Assembly (NCBI GenBank): GCA_003244255.1
Contig: QHCD01000073.1
Location: forward strand, 30,444-94,443
Direction of reading: 5' to 3'
Length of the DNA: 64,000 bases
DNA from: Pseudonocardiales bacterium
Lineage (GTDB): Bacteria; Actinomycetota; Actinomycetes; Mycobacteriales; QHCD01
Both the position numbers and the translations under genes were made by a program. The notes below the pieces were generated by a model. The model was not told the DNA's origin. It ran no database searches and saw nothing but the letters and a program-made list of their open reading frames with translations. The first letter of the stretch is position 1, and each line of letters opens with the position of its first letter. Positions 32,162 through 41,841 of the stretch are shown here, piece by piece.

Positions 32162-33616
32162 ATGATCACCGCACAGGGCGTGGTGGCGGCCCGCGACGGC
32201 GACGTCGACACCGGCTCGCGCCGTCGCTGGATCGCGCTCGGCGTGCTGCTCGCCGGCCAGTTCATGGCGCTGCTCGACGTGATGATCGTCAACGTCGCCC
32301 TGCCGACGATCAGCCACGATTTGCACGCGTCCGGCGCGGCGTTGCAGCTCGTCGTCGCCGGCTACCTGGTGAGCTACGCCGTGCTGCTCATCACCGGCGC
32401 GCGGCTCGGTGCGATCGTCGGCCGGCGACGGGTGTTCTTGTTCGGCGCCGCGCTTTTCACGCTGACGTCGTTGGTCTGCGGGCTCGCACCGACGACGATC
32501 ACCCTGATCGTGGCGCGCTTCGCCCAGGGCGCGGGCGCGACGCTGATGATGCCGCAGATCTTCTCCAGCATTCAGGCGGATTTCACCGGTGCCGCGCGCG
32601 CGAAGGCGCTGTCCGCCTACTCCGCGGTCCTCGCCGTCGGCGCGGTCGCGGGCCAGATTCTCGGCGGCGTCCTGGTCGACGCCGACCTCTTCGGCGCCGG
32701 CTGGCGGCCGGTGTTCCTGATCAACGTGCCGATCGGCGTCGCCGTGCTCGCCCTGCTGCCGCGCGTCATGCCCGCCGACCCGCCGCGCGGTGGTCGCCGC
32801 CTCGACCCCGCCGGCCTCGCGGTCTCGATACCCGCGGTGCTTCTGATCGTCCTGCCGCTCGTACTCGGCCACCAGGAGGGCTGGCCGCCGTGGATGATGG
32901 GCGCGATCGCGGCCGGCGTTGTGCTCGCCGTGGTGTTCGTGCGCGTCGAGCGGGCAGTCGCTGCGCGTGGCGCCGACCCGCTGCTCGACCTGCGCGTGCT
33001 GGCCGCGCCGGGCCTCGCGTCCGGGCTGACGACGCTGACGCTCGGTATGACGGCGTACGGCGGGTTCCTGTTCAGCCTGGCGCTGCACCTGCAGCTCGGT
33101 CTGGGCGAGAGCGCGCTGCGGGCTGGTCTCACGTTCGCGCCCGCGGGAGCGGCATTCGGCGCGCTCGGCCTGCTGTGGCGGCGTTTCCCGGCGTCGAGCC
33201 ACCATCTGCTGACGCCCATCGGGTACGTGATCACCGCGCTCGCCTACGTCGGCATCGGGTTGGATGTGTCGCGCGGCGGGCGCGGCGGTGCCGAGCTCTA
33301 TCTCGGCCTGCTCGTCATGGGCGTGGGTATGGGAGTGGCGTTCAGCCCGCTGCTGACGCACTCGCTGGTGCGGGTGCCGCTGCCGCAGGCGGCCGATGCG
33401 AGCGGGCTGGTGACGACGACGCTGCAGCTCGCGCAGGTGCTCGGCGTCGCGATCTTCGGATCGGTGTTCCTGAGCCTGGCGGGACGTCCCGGCGCTCATC
33501 CATCCGCGCACGCCGCGGCCACGACGCTGGACTGGATGTCGGCGCTGCTGGTCGCGGGCGCGCTCGTTGCGATCCCGCTCGCCCGCACCGTGGTGGCGGC
33601 GGCGAAAACCGCTTGA
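32162..33616 (+). CDS. MFS transporter, DHA2 (EmrB/QacA-like) type
   Basis: LLAGQFMALLDVMIVNVALPTI, G..GRRRVFLFG, and numerous TM segments. Confidence 0.9.
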   Translation: MITAQGVVAARDGDVDTGSRRRWIALGVLLAGQFMALLDVMIVNVALPTISHDLHASGAALQLVVAGYLVSYAVLLITGARLGAIVGRRRVFLFGAALFTLTSLVCGLAPTTITLIVARFAQGAGATLMMPQIFSSIQADFTGAARAKALSAYSAVLAVGAVAGQILGGVLVDADLFGAGWRPVFLINVPIGVAVLALLPRVMPADPPRGGRRLDPAGLAVSIPAVLLIVLPLVLGHQEGWPPWMMGAIAAGVVLAVVFVRVERAVAARGADPLLDLRVLAAPGLASGLTTLTLGMTAYGGFLFSLALHLQLGLGESALRAGLTFAPAGAAFGALGLLWRRFPASSHHLLTPIGYVITALAYVGIGLDVSRGGRGGAELYLGLLVMGVGMGVAFSPLLTHSLVRVPLPQAADASGLVTTTLQLAQVLGVAIFGSVFLSLAGRPGAHPSAHAAATTLDWMSALLVAGALVAIPLARTVVAAAKTA

Positions 33617-33638
33617 CGACGGCGGCTCTGTAGCGGTT

Positions 33639-34073
33639 ATGGTCGCAGCCGCCCTGAGCAGACGACGACCGGAAGGAGCGAGCCATGCACGGGTCCGTCC
33701 ACCTCGCTCCGAAAGGTCTATTCGCTTGGCTTTCTGCCGTTCCTTCCAGTGCGGTCACTGCGGCGTAGCCGTTTCCAACGACGCGCCCGGTACCTCGCAC
33801 CGCAATCACTGCCCCAGCTGCCTGTGGTCCCGTCACCTGGACCGGAACGCACCAGGTGACCGGGACGCGAAATGCTCCGGCGGCATGGAACCCATCGCCG
33901 TCACGGTCCGCGGCAATGGCCGGTGGGTGCTGATCCACCGATGTGCCGACTGCGGCCGGCTCCGCATGAACAAGACCGCGGCCGATGACAATGCACTGCT
34001 GCTGATGCAGCTCGCTGCGCTGCCGCTCTCGATGCCACCGGTCCCGTTTGCCCGGATGGGCGGCGACGACTGA
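33639..34073 (+). CDS. RNHCP domain-containing protein (start uncertain)
   Basis: FQCGHCG...SHRNHCPSCLWSRHLD...CADCG zinc-ribbon-like motifs. Candidate starts are the ATG at 33639 and the TTG at 33726. Confidence 0.75.
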   Translation: MVAAALSRRRPEGASHARVRPPRSERSIRLAFCRSFQCGHCGVAVSNDAPGTSHRNHCPSCLWSRHLDRNAPGDRDAKCSGGMEPIAVTVRGNGRWVLIHRCADCGRLRMNKTAADDNALLLMQLAALPLSMPPVPFARMGGDD

Positions 34074-34142
34074 GCGCAGCGGGACGCCGGACGGCCGGCC
34101 CTCGGCCGCAGCGGATGCCGTGGCCGAGGACCGGTCCGGTGA

Positions 34143-34631
34143 TCAGGCGGTCTGGCCGGTGACCAGGCGTTCCAGCGCGTCCAGGCTCGCATTCATGCCG
34201 GTCTCCATGCCGGAGTTGACGTGACCGTCGCGGTATTCCTTACAGGGGTAGGAATTACGCGCCCGCAGCGTCGTCCGGCCGTCGACCTCGTCGAAGGTGA
34301 TCGTCACCAGGTGTTCAGACCCCTCAAGCGGCTCGTACCGCTCGGTGTAGACGAGTCGGCCGGGCCGGTCGATCTCGCGGAACTCACCGGAGAACGCGTG
34401 CTCGCCGGCATCGGGCATCGTCAGGACGTACCTCCACTGCCCACCGACCCGCAGGTCGATCTCGCAGCTGGTAAAGCTCTGAATTTCGCACCCGTACCAC
34501 TGCCGGACGTGCTCCGGCGTCGTCCACGCCGCGAAAACCAGGTCGCGCGGTGCGGCGAAGCTGCGGGTGATGAGCAGCTCGGTGTCGGACGGGAAGGTGA
34601 TGCTTGCGCGGGCGTCATTCATGGTCGTCAT
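34143..34631 (-). CDS. SRPBCC/AHSA1-like domain protein
   Basis: ELLITRSFAAPRDLVFAAWTTPEHVRQWYG. Its start overlaps the arsR-type gene stop. Confidence 0.85.
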   Translation of the reverse strand: MTTMNDARASITFPSDTELLITRSFAAPRDLVFAAWTTPEHVRQWYGCEIQSFTSCEIDLRVGGQWRYVLTMPDAGEHAFSGEFREIDRPGRLVYTERYEPLEGSEHLVTITFDEVDGRTTLRARNSYPCKEYRDGHVNSGMETGMNASLDALERLVTGQTA

Positions 34632-34962
34632 CACGGTTCTCCTGCTTCTGTAGGCGGTCCAGATAGGTGTCCAGCTTGGTGAAGCTCTGCTCCCACCACG
34701 CTCGGAAGCCCTCGGTCCAGTCATGCGCTTCCTGCAGCGTGTCGGTCGCCAGCCGGGCCGGTCGGGTCTGTGCGCTGCGGCCCCGGGTGATCAGTCCGGC
34801 CCGCTCGAGCACCTTCAGGTGCTTCGACACCGACGGGAGGCTCATCTCGAACGGTTCGGCCAGTTCCAGCACGGTGGCTTCGCCGTCGATGAGCCGGGCC
34901 AGGATGGCCCGTCGGGTCGGATCGGCAAGTGCGGCGAACGTGCTGCTGAGCCGGTCGGTCAT
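34615..34962 (-). CDS. ArsR/SmtB-family transcriptional regulator
   Basis: FAALADPTRRAILARL...ELAEPFEMSLPSVSKHLKVLERAGLI. Confidence 0.9.
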   Translation of the reverse strand: MTDRLSSTFAALADPTRRAILARLIDGEATVLELAEPFEMSLPSVSKHLKVLERAGLITRGRSAQTRPARLATDTLQEAHDWTEGFRAWWEQSFTKLDTYLDRLQKQENRDDDHE

Positions 34963-34966
34963 GTAT

Positions 34967-35013
34967 TTAGCTAACCATGAAATTAGCCGAGCGTGCAAGT
35001 ACGTCCCGTACTT
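34967..35013. promoter_or_regulatory. candidate operators in the AT-richer arsR/VOC divergent region
   Basis: GCTAA-N8-TTAGC (34970-34987) and AAGTACG-TCC-CGTACTT (34997-35013). Confidence 0.35.
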
Positions 35014-35136
35014 ATTGCCGGCGGCATCGACAGGATTGACGCTGTGTACATTCGCCGCGACCGTCGACGGGAATGTCCGCGGAGGTCGTGTTCGATGCGC
35101 CCTGCATGGAGCCAACCAGGAAGGAGCAGCTCAACC

Positions 35137-35541
35137 GTGAGTGCAGCGCTGCAGAAGATCAGCGTGATCAGCCTGTTCGTGGAGGACCTGCCCACGACCA
35201 AAGCCTTCTACTCCGACGTCTTCGGGCTGCCGTTCGCCTACGAGGACGAGTCCAGCGCGGTGGTGCAGTTCGAGAACATGATGATCAACCTCCTCAAGGT
35301 GGAGGAGGCGTCGTCGCTGGTCGAGCCACTCGAGGTGGCGGCCGCTGGCGCGGGATCGCGGTTCCAGATCAGCGTCTGGGTCGACGACGTGGATGCGGTA
35401 TGTGTGCAGTTGACGAAGAAGGGCGTGACGTTGTTGACCGAACCCCGGGATCGGGAGTGGGGGATGCGGACGGCCACGTTCGCCGACCCCGCCGGCAACA
35501 GCTGGGAGGTCGCCCAGGGCATTGGCGGCGGCGAGGGCTGA
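35137..35541 (+). CDS. VOC (glyoxalase/bleomycin-resistance fold) family protein
   Basis: ISLFVEDLPTTKAFYSDVFGL...ATFADPAGNSWEVAQ. The GTG at 35137 is preceded by aggaaggag. Confidence 0.85.
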   Translation: MSAALQKISVISLFVEDLPTTKAFYSDVFGLPFAYEDESSAVVQFENMMINLLKVEEASSLVEPLEVAAAGAGSRFQISVWVDDVDAVCVQLTKKGVTLLTEPRDREWGMRTATFADPAGNSWEVAQGIGGGEG

Positions 35542-35633
35542 GCGGTCCCGACGTTGCCCGCCGACCGCATGGGCCGATACGGCAGCCGTCCCGAGCGCCG
35601 CCCCGGGTGGCAGCTCCGGCCGGGACCGGCTGA

Positions 35634-36710
35634 TTGCTAGCGTCGAGGGGTGCACGCAGAGGGCTGCCCGCCGTGAGCGCCGCGAAGAACCGGCCCGCTA
35701 AACCGGCAACCGCGCGGGCCGGCCGGCCGGCGAGCGCCAAGCCCCGTCGAGATCGCGCCGATCCCCCTCAGCGCGGGCGGAAACGGCCACCGACCCGCGA
35801 CTCGAGGCCGGCCGCTACCGCCGAGGCGGTCGACGAGATCGTGGTCGGCTACGTGCCGAGCCTCGCGCGGGCCGCGGGGATCCTCGGCGTCGTGTGTGCC
35901 GTCGGCCTGCTGGTCCGGCCGCTGCTGCCCTTGGCGACGGCCGGCGGGCACCGGCTCGGCACCGGCTCGACGCTTGTCCTGGCGCTGCCCTGGCTGCCGG
36001 CCGCCCTGGTCGTCGGGTTCGCCGGCGGACTCGCCGCGACCGGCCGGCTGCCGAGGTTGGCACTCGGCGTGCTCGGCTCCGCCGGCGGGCTGTCGATCGG
36101 CCTGCTGTTGCGCTGGATCTGGCTCACCGACACCGGTGCGCGCACCGTCCTCGATCTGCCCGTGTCCGGCCAGCCGCTGCAGGGTGACCGATACGGCGCC
36201 GGCGCCGGCCTGTGGTTCGCGGTCGTCACCGCGGCCGTGCTGGTCGCGGCGCTGATCGCCGTCGCCGCCAGCTGGTCGAGCACCGTGATGGACGACGACG
36301 GCCGGTTCGACCGGGTGCGGCCAACGCTTGCCCTGTGGAGCCTGTTCGTCGGCGCCGTCGTCGCGGTCGCGTACGGTGCCGCGCCGAGCAACTCCTCGCT
36401 CGGGATCGCCAGGTCGGTGCTGCAGTCGGCCGGGCTCGACCGCATCGGCGGCCTGGTGCTCGTCGCAGCGATCGTCGTCTGCTGCGTCGTCGCCCCGACG
36501 GCGCGGCCCCGACTGGCCACAACCGGCACCCTGCTCGGTGCGGCGGTCATGCTGTTCGGGCTCGGTTTCGAGAACCTCGTCGTTGTCGCCGGCTCGCCCG
36601 ACCTGCACGCGTCCTTCGGCACTGTCGCGGAGGTCGTCGCACCGTTGCTCGTGCTGATGCTGGTGGCGGCGTCCGTCCTCGCGGCCAGGGAACCGGAGCA
36701 GGACCACTAG
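35634..36710 (+). CDS. polytopic membrane protein with an Arg/Pro-rich N-terminus, family unknown
   Basis: About 7-8 hydrophobic segments with a GC3-rich coding pattern. The start is uncertain; a GTG at 35673 is possible. Confidence 0.6.
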   Translation: MLASRGARRGLPAVSAAKNRPAKPATARAGRPASAKPRRDRADPPQRGRKRPPTRDSRPAATAEAVDEIVVGYVPSLARAAGILGVVCAVGLLVRPLLPLATAGGHRLGTGSTLVLALPWLPAALVVGFAGGLAATGRLPRLALGVLGSAGGLSIGLLLRWIWLTDTGARTVLDLPVSGQPLQGDRYGAGAGLWFAVVTAAVLVAALIAVAASWSSTVMDDDGRFDRVRPTLALWSLFVGAVVAVAYGAAPSNSSLGIARSVLQSAGLDRIGGLVLVAAIVVCCVVAPTARPRLATTGTLLGAAVMLFGLGFENLVVVAGSPDLHASFGTVAEVVAPLLVLMLVAASVLAAREPEQDH

Positions 36711-36773
36711 GCTCCGAAAGATAGCGCCCGTTACGGCAGGCGGTGCGCCGGTGAGGCACTGGCGGAGGGCCCG

Positions 36774-37196
36774 ATGAGCACGCAGGTCGATGCCGGTCAT
36801 CGACGGATCCGGGTGGTGATGGCCAAGCCCGGACTCGACGGGCATGACCGTGGCGCCAAGGTGGTCGCGCGGGCGCTGCGCGACGCCGGCATGGAGGTCA
36901 TCTACACCGGCCTGCATCAGACCCCCGAGCAGATCGTGCAGGCCGTCATCCAGGAGGACGCAGACGCCGTCGGCCTGTCGGTCCTCTCCGGCGCCCACAT
37001 GACGCTGTTCGCGCGCGTCATCGAGCTGCTACGCGACCGCGACGCGACCGACGTCGTCGTCTTCGGCGGCGGCATCATCCCCGATGCCGACATCCCGGAG
37101 CTGGAACGGATCGGTGTCGCCCGGATCTTCACACCTGGAGCGACGACGACGTCGATCGTCGAATGGGTTCGGGCAAACGTCGCGACGGCGGGCTGA
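36774..37196 (+). CDS. stand-alone cobalamin-binding subunit of an acyl-CoA mutase (IcmB-like)
   Basis: [44 protein letters not shown]...[16 protein letters not shown]. The DxHxxG B12 motif is present. Confidence 0.88.
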   Translation: MSTQVDAGHRRIRVVMAKPGLDGHDRGAKVVARALRDAGMEVIYTGLHQTPEQIVQAVIQEDADAVGLSVLSGAHMTLFARVIELLRDRDATDVVVFGGGIIPDADIPELERIGVARIFTPGATTTSIVEWVRANVATAG

Positions 37197-37276
37197 CCCC
37201 GTCCCCCTGAACCGGCGCCGATACCCTCGCTCTCGCCCCTGCCGACGGCGGGCGGCGATGAACAAGGACGGTGCCG

Positions 37277-38455
37277 GTGGACCTCTACGAATACCAAGCC
37301 AAGGAACTGTTCGCGAAGCACGGCGTGCCCGTGCTGGCGGGTGAGGTCGCAACGACGCCCGAGCAGGCCCGCGAGATAGCCGCCCGCATCGGGGGAGAGA
37401 CCGTCGTCAAGGCGCAGGTGAAGACGGGCGGCCGGGGCAAGGCCGGCGGGGTCAAGCTGGCGACGTCGCCCGACGAGGCTGCCGAGAAGGCCGCCTTGAT
37501 CCTCGGTATGGACATCAAGGGTCACACCGTGCATCGGGTGCTGGTGACCCAGGCGAGCGATATCGCCGAGGAGTACTACTTTTCGTTCCTGCTCGACCGC
37601 TCCGGCCGTACGTTCCTTGCGATGGCGTCGGTCGAGGGCGGCGTCGAGATCGAGGAGGTTGCGCACACGAACCCGGATGCGATCGCCAGGGTGCCGGTCG
37701 ACGCGCTCCTCGGCGTCGATGCCGCAACCGCAAGGAGCATCGCCGAGGCGGCCCACTTCCCGGCCGAGACGCTGGACCAGGTCGCCGACGTCATCGCGTC
37801 GTTGTGGACGGTGTTCACCGAGGAGGACGCGACGCTCGTCGAGGTCAACCCGATGGTGAAAACCCCTGACGGCAAGGTGATCGCGCTCGACGGCAAGGTC
37901 ACGCTCGATGACAACGCCAGCTTCCGTCGACCCGATCACGCCGGTTTCGCCGACCCCGCGGCAGCGGATCCGCTCGAGGCACGCGCCGCGGAGAAGCACC
38001 TGAACTACGTCAAGCTCGACGGCGAGGTCGGCATCATCGGCAACGGCGCCGGCCTGGTGATGTCCACATTGGACGTCGTCGCCTACGCCGGAGGCATGCA
38101 CGGCGGCGTGAAGCCGGCGAACTTCCTCGACATCGGCGGCGGCGCGAGCGCCGAGGTGATGGCGAACGGCCTGCAGATCATCCTGTCCGACCCGTCGGTG
38201 CGCAGCGTGTTCGTGAACGTCTTCGGCGGCATCACCTCCTGCGACGCCGTCGCGAACGGCATCGTGGCTGCGTTCGCGCTGCTGGAGCAGAGCGGGGAGA
38301 CCGTGACCCGGCCGCTGGTGGTGCGGCTCGACGGCAACAACGCCGGGGTCGGTCGCCGCATCCTGACGCAGGCGGCGCTGCCGGGCGTGCGGCAGGTCGA
38401 CACGATGGACGGCGCGGCCGATCAGGCCGCCGAGCTCGCGGCGCAGGGAGCGTAG
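37277..38455 (+). CDS. sucC: succinate--CoA ligase subunit beta
   Basis: [19 protein letters not shown]. The GTG at 37277 has AAGGA 8 nt upstream; the track start is 37271. Confidence 0.96.
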   Translation: MDLYEYQAKELFAKHGVPVLAGEVATTPEQAREIAARIGGETVVKAQVKTGGRGKAGGVKLATSPDEAAEKAALILGMDIKGHTVHRVLVTQASDIAEEYYFSFLLDRSGRTFLAMASVEGGVEIEEVAHTNPDAIARVPVDALLGVDAATARSIAEAAHFPAETLDQVADVIASLWTVFTEEDATLVEVNPMVKTPDGKVIALDGKVTLDDNASFRRPDHAGFADPAAADPLEARAAEKHLNYVKLDGEVGIIGNGAGLVMSTLDVVAYAGGMHGGVKPANFLDIGGGASAEVMANGLQIILSDPSVRSVFVNVFGGITSCDAVANGIVAAFALLEQSGETVTRPLVVRLDGNNAGVGRRILTQAALPGVRQVDTMDGAADQAAELAAQGA

Positions 38456-38460
38456 GCACG

Positions 38461-39348
38461 ATGGCGATCTTCATCGACGAATCCAGCACGGTCATCGTGC
38501 AGGGCATCACCGGCTCCGAGGGCACCAAACACGGCCGGCGGATGCTCGCCGCCGGCACGAACGTCGTCGGCGGCGTCAACGCGCGCAAGGCGGGCCAGAA
38601 GGTCGATTTCGACGGCACCTCGCTGCCGGTATTCGGCAGCGTCGCCGAGGCGATGAGCGAGACCGGTGCCGACGTCAGCGTCGCGTTCGTGCCGCCCGCG
38701 TTCTGCAAGGACGCCGTCGTCGAGGCGATCGACGCGCAGATCGGCCTGCTGATCGTGATCACCGAGGGCATGCCGGTGCACGACGCCACGTCGTTCTGGG
38801 CGCACGCCGTCGCAACCGGCAACAAGACGCGCATCGTCGGGCCGAACTGCCCCGGCGTCGCGAGCCCTGGCAAGTCCAACGCCGGCATCATCCCGGCCGA
38901 CATCACGAAACCGGGACGCATCGGGCTGGTCAGCAAGTCGGGAACGCTGACCTACCAGATGATGTACGAGCTGCGTGACGTCGGCTTCTCGACCTGCGTC
39001 GGGATCGGCGGTGACCCGGTCATCGGCACCACCCACATCGACTGCCTGCGCGCGTTCGAGGCCGATCCCGAGACCGACGCGATCGTGATGATCGGCGAGA
39101 TCGGCGGCGACGCCGAGGAGCGCGCGGCCGAGGTGATCGACGCCGAGATCAGCAAGCCGGTGGTCGGGTACGTCGCCGGCTTCACCGCCCCGGAGGGCAG
39201 GACCATGGGGCACGCGGGCGCGATCGTGTCCGGCTCCGCCGGAACGGCGGCGGCCAAGCAGCAGGCGCTCGAGGCCGCCGGAGTGCGCGTGGGGCGGACG
39301 CCGAGTGCCGCCGCGCAACTGATGCGTGAGCTCATGCAGGGCCACTGA
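38461..39348 (+). CDS. sucD: succinate--CoA ligase subunit alpha
   Basis: [19 protein letters not shown], and the phosphohistidine loop GHAGAIV. Confidence 0.96.
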   Translation: MAIFIDESSTVIVQGITGSEGTKHGRRMLAAGTNVVGGVNARKAGQKVDFDGTSLPVFGSVAEAMSETGADVSVAFVPPAFCKDAVVEAIDAQIGLLIVITEGMPVHDATSFWAHAVATGNKTRIVGPNCPGVASPGKSNAGIIPADITKPGRIGLVSKSGTLTYQMMYELRDVGFSTCVGIGGDPVIGTTHIDCLRAFEADPETDAIVMIGEIGGDAEERAAEVIDAEISKPVVGYVAGFTAPEGRTMGHAGAIVSGSAGTAAAKQQALEAAGVRVGRTPSAAAQLMRELMQGH

Positions 39349-39549
39349 CGAGACCGCGGTAGCTCCCCGGCCCGCGGCCGGTGCGCGCAACGGCGGCCGG
39401 CGGCACGCTGCCTGGGACAAGTCCACCGGCTAAGCGCGGGCTCCCCCTCCGGGCCCGGCGATTCCGCTACGGTTTGTTCCGAGTCGACACCACCGGGTGG
39501 CATACCGGCACGGCGGAACATGTCGGACACGTCGAGGAGGAGTGAGTCC

Positions 39550-40368
39550 ATGACCGGCTATGGAGTCCCGGGTGCTCCCGGGTCACCTGGCGCGCCGAAG
39601 CGGTCCGCGGCAGCGCTGCCCCTGTTCGACCTGATCGCCGCCGGGCTCGGCGTCCTGTGCTTCGTGTGGGGGTTCCTGCACGGCTATTTCGACCAGGACA
39701 GGGCCTTCAATTACGGCGCTCCCGCGGCAGCCATCGGGCTGGCGCTCGCTGCTGGCGCGCTCGGAATCGCCCCCCAGCTCTCGGGCAAGAAGGCCGACAC
39801 CGACGCTCCGCCGGTTGCGCTCGCGCTGGCGCTGGCCGGATTCTTGCTCGGCCTCGGTGCGCTGGTCAGCAAGCCGCCGGGGGCGTCGATCAAGATCGGC
39901 ATCATCCTGATCTTCATCACCACCCTCCTGCAGGTGATCGTGCTCGCCGTCGGCTGGCTGCAGGCCACCGGCAAGGTGTCGCTGGCCGGCGGGGGGAAGG
40001 CCGGCCCGGCGGCGCCGTACGGGGGCTACGGCCAGCCGGGCGGGGGCTACGGCCAGCAGGGTGGCTATGTCCAGCAGGGTGGCCAGCAGGGTGGTTACGG
40101 CCAGCCAGCTAGCTACCCGCCCAGCGCTCCCACGACGGGCAGCACGGGGCCGTCGACCGGTCAGCAGCCGGCCAGCGGCGGCCAGTACGGCGGCCAGGCG
40201 GGCCAGCAGCCCGGTCCGTACGGTGGCGCCCCGCAGCCGGGTCAGTCGGGGCAGCCGGGTCAGTCGGGCCAGCAGCCGGGTCAGCCCGGCCAGCAGCCGG
40301 GTCAGCCCGGCCAGGCCGGCCAGCAGCCGGGTCAGCCCGGGCCATACGGGCAACAACCGGGGCAGTAG
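39550..40368 (+). CDS. DUF5336-like membrane protein with a Pro/Gly/Gln-rich C-terminal tail (Rv0954-like)
   Basis: Four TM segments, then a GGYGQ/QPGQ low-complexity tail. The ATG at 39550 is preceded by gaggaggag; the track start is 39520. Confidence 0.8.
   Translation: MTGYGVPGAPGSPGAPKRSAAALPLFDLIAAGLGVLCFVWGFLHGYFDQDRAFNYGAPAAAIGLALAAGALGIAPQLSGKKADTDAPPVALALALAGFLLGLGALVSKPPGASIKIGIILIFITTLLQVIVLAVGWLQATGKVSLAGGGKAGPAAPYGGYGQPGGGYGQQGGYVQQGGQQGGYGQPASYPPSAPTTGSTGPSTGQQPASGGQYGGQAGQQPGPYGGAPQPGQSGQPGQSGQQPGQPGQQPGQPGQAGQQPGQPGPYGQQPGQ
40234..40341 (+). repeat. 18/21-nt in-frame tandem repeats encoding (Q)QPGQ(S/P)G
   Basis: CAGCCGGGTCAGTCGGGG x2, then CAGCAGCCGGGTCAGCCCGGC x3 with a short interruption. 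Confidence 0.9.
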
Positions 40369-40417
40369 CGTCGGTCCGGATCGGCGCGCCGCCCACCCGC
40401 ACCCTGTTGCTCTCCAC

Positions 40418-40479
40418 GCCGAGATCGCGGTTCACCACCGCGACACGCCGCTGGGTGGGTGGTGGACTGCGATCTCGGC
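40418..40479. repeat. hairpin repeat, sub-family B, copy 1
   Basis: GCCGAGATCGCGGTTCACCACC-GCGACACGCCGCTGGGTG-GGTGGTGGACTGCGATCTCGGC. Confidence 0.9.
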
Positions 40480-40541
40480 GGTGTGACCGGTACGGCGCGC
40501 CTGACCTGTCCTGCGCGACCGCGCTGACACAGTGATCAGTC

Positions 40542-41783
40542 GTGGTCGATCTGCTCACCCGTCCGACGCGGGCCGTCTCCGCTCAACGTACGGACCGGCG
40601 GCTGGCACCGCTGACGGCGGGCCTGGTCGCCGGTGTAAGCGCCGCCGCGGTGGGGCTGATCGTCGTCGTCGCGGTCGTGATGCTCGCCTGGGGCACCGAC
40701 TCCAACAGCTCGGCGTCGGCGCAGACGGCGCTGCGGGTCGGCGGCGGGTTCTGGCTGCTCGCCCACCACGGCATCGGCCAGCTGACCGGCCAGCGCTTCG
40801 GGCTCATCCCGCTGGGCCTGTTCGCCCTGCCCGCCGGGCTGCTCGTACACGCGGGACGGGCGGTTGCGCGCACCGACGTCGTCACCAACCGGAGGACGGC
40901 ATGGCAGGCGATCGTCGTAACGGTCGCCGCCTATGCAGCATGTGTCGCCGGTGTCAGCGTTGGCGTCGGTGCCGCGCCGGTGCACGTCGCGCTGCCGATG
41001 GCGGTGGGTTCGGGTGCGGGGTTGGCCATGGTCGCCGTCACCGCGGGTGTGGCGAGGGAGCGCGGCCTGCGCGAACTCACCGGCCGCTCGATGCCCGCGC
41101 CCGCTGCGGCGGCGATCCGGGCTGGCGTCGCGGCGGCCGCGCTGATCGTCGCGGCCGGCGCCGTCCTGGTTTCCGTGGCACTGGCCCTGCACGCCCACCG
41201 TGCCACGGCGCTCGCCGACGGGTTCGCACCCGGCGTGCTGGGTGGTCCGCTGCTCGCCCTACTCGGGGTGGTCTACGTCCCGAACGCCGCCGTGTTCGGC
41301 GCGGCCTACGCCGTCGGGCCCGGCTTCTCCGTCGGGGCGGGTACCGGGGTGTCGGTGTTCGGCGTGCACCTCGGCGTGGTGCCGGCGTTCCCGCTGCTGG
41401 CCGCTCTGCCGTCGACCGAACACGCACCGGCGAGCACCTGGATCTTCCTGGCCGCTCCGGTGCTCGCCGGCCTGCTCGCCGCCGCGTCGGTACGACGTCG
41501 CTACGACGGCGGCCGCTGGCATAGCACCGCGGTGGCCGGCGCGGCCGGCGTGGTGGCCGGTGCATCGCTCGCCGCACTCGCAGCGCTGGCCGGCGGACCG
41601 GCCGGTCCCGGGCATCTCGCCACGATCGGCCCTTCCGCCTGGCAGGTCGGCGTGGACACCGCCGTCGAGGTCGGCCTGGTTGCGGCGGCGGGCGTGCTGC
41701 TCGCGTCCTGGCCGCGGGCCGTCGGCGTTGCGCGGGCGGCCCGGGCAGCCGCGGTGCGGTTGCTGCATCTGCCATCCCGCTAG
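40542..41783 (+). CDS. PerM-like (DUF6350-type) polytopic membrane protein
   Basis: About 10 TM segments. GGGFWLLAHHG motif. Its position between the DUF5336-like gene and purN matches the mycobacterial order as I recall it. Confidence 0.8.
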   Translation: MVDLLTRPTRAVSAQRTDRRLAPLTAGLVAGVSAAAVGLIVVVAVVMLAWGTDSNSSASAQTALRVGGGFWLLAHHGIGQLTGQRFGLIPLGLFALPAGLLVHAGRAVARTDVVTNRRTAWQAIVVTVAAYAACVAGVSVGVGAAPVHVALPMAVGSGAGLAMVAVTAGVARERGLRELTGRSMPAPAAAAIRAGVAAAALIVAAGAVLVSVALALHAHRATALADGFAPGVLGGPLLALLGVVYVPNAAVFGAAYAVGPGFSVGAGTGVSVFGVHLGVVPAFPLLAALPSTEHAPASTWIFLAAPVLAGLLAAASVRRRYDGGRWHSTAVAGAAGVVAGASLAALAALAGGPAGPGHLATIGPSAWQVGVDTAVEVGLVAAAGVLLASWPRAVGVARAARAAAVRLLHLPSR

Positions 41784-41841
41784 CCGTCAACCTCCGACGT
41801 CTCTCGAACACCCTCCGGCCGCCGGCACTAAGGTTTCGCGG

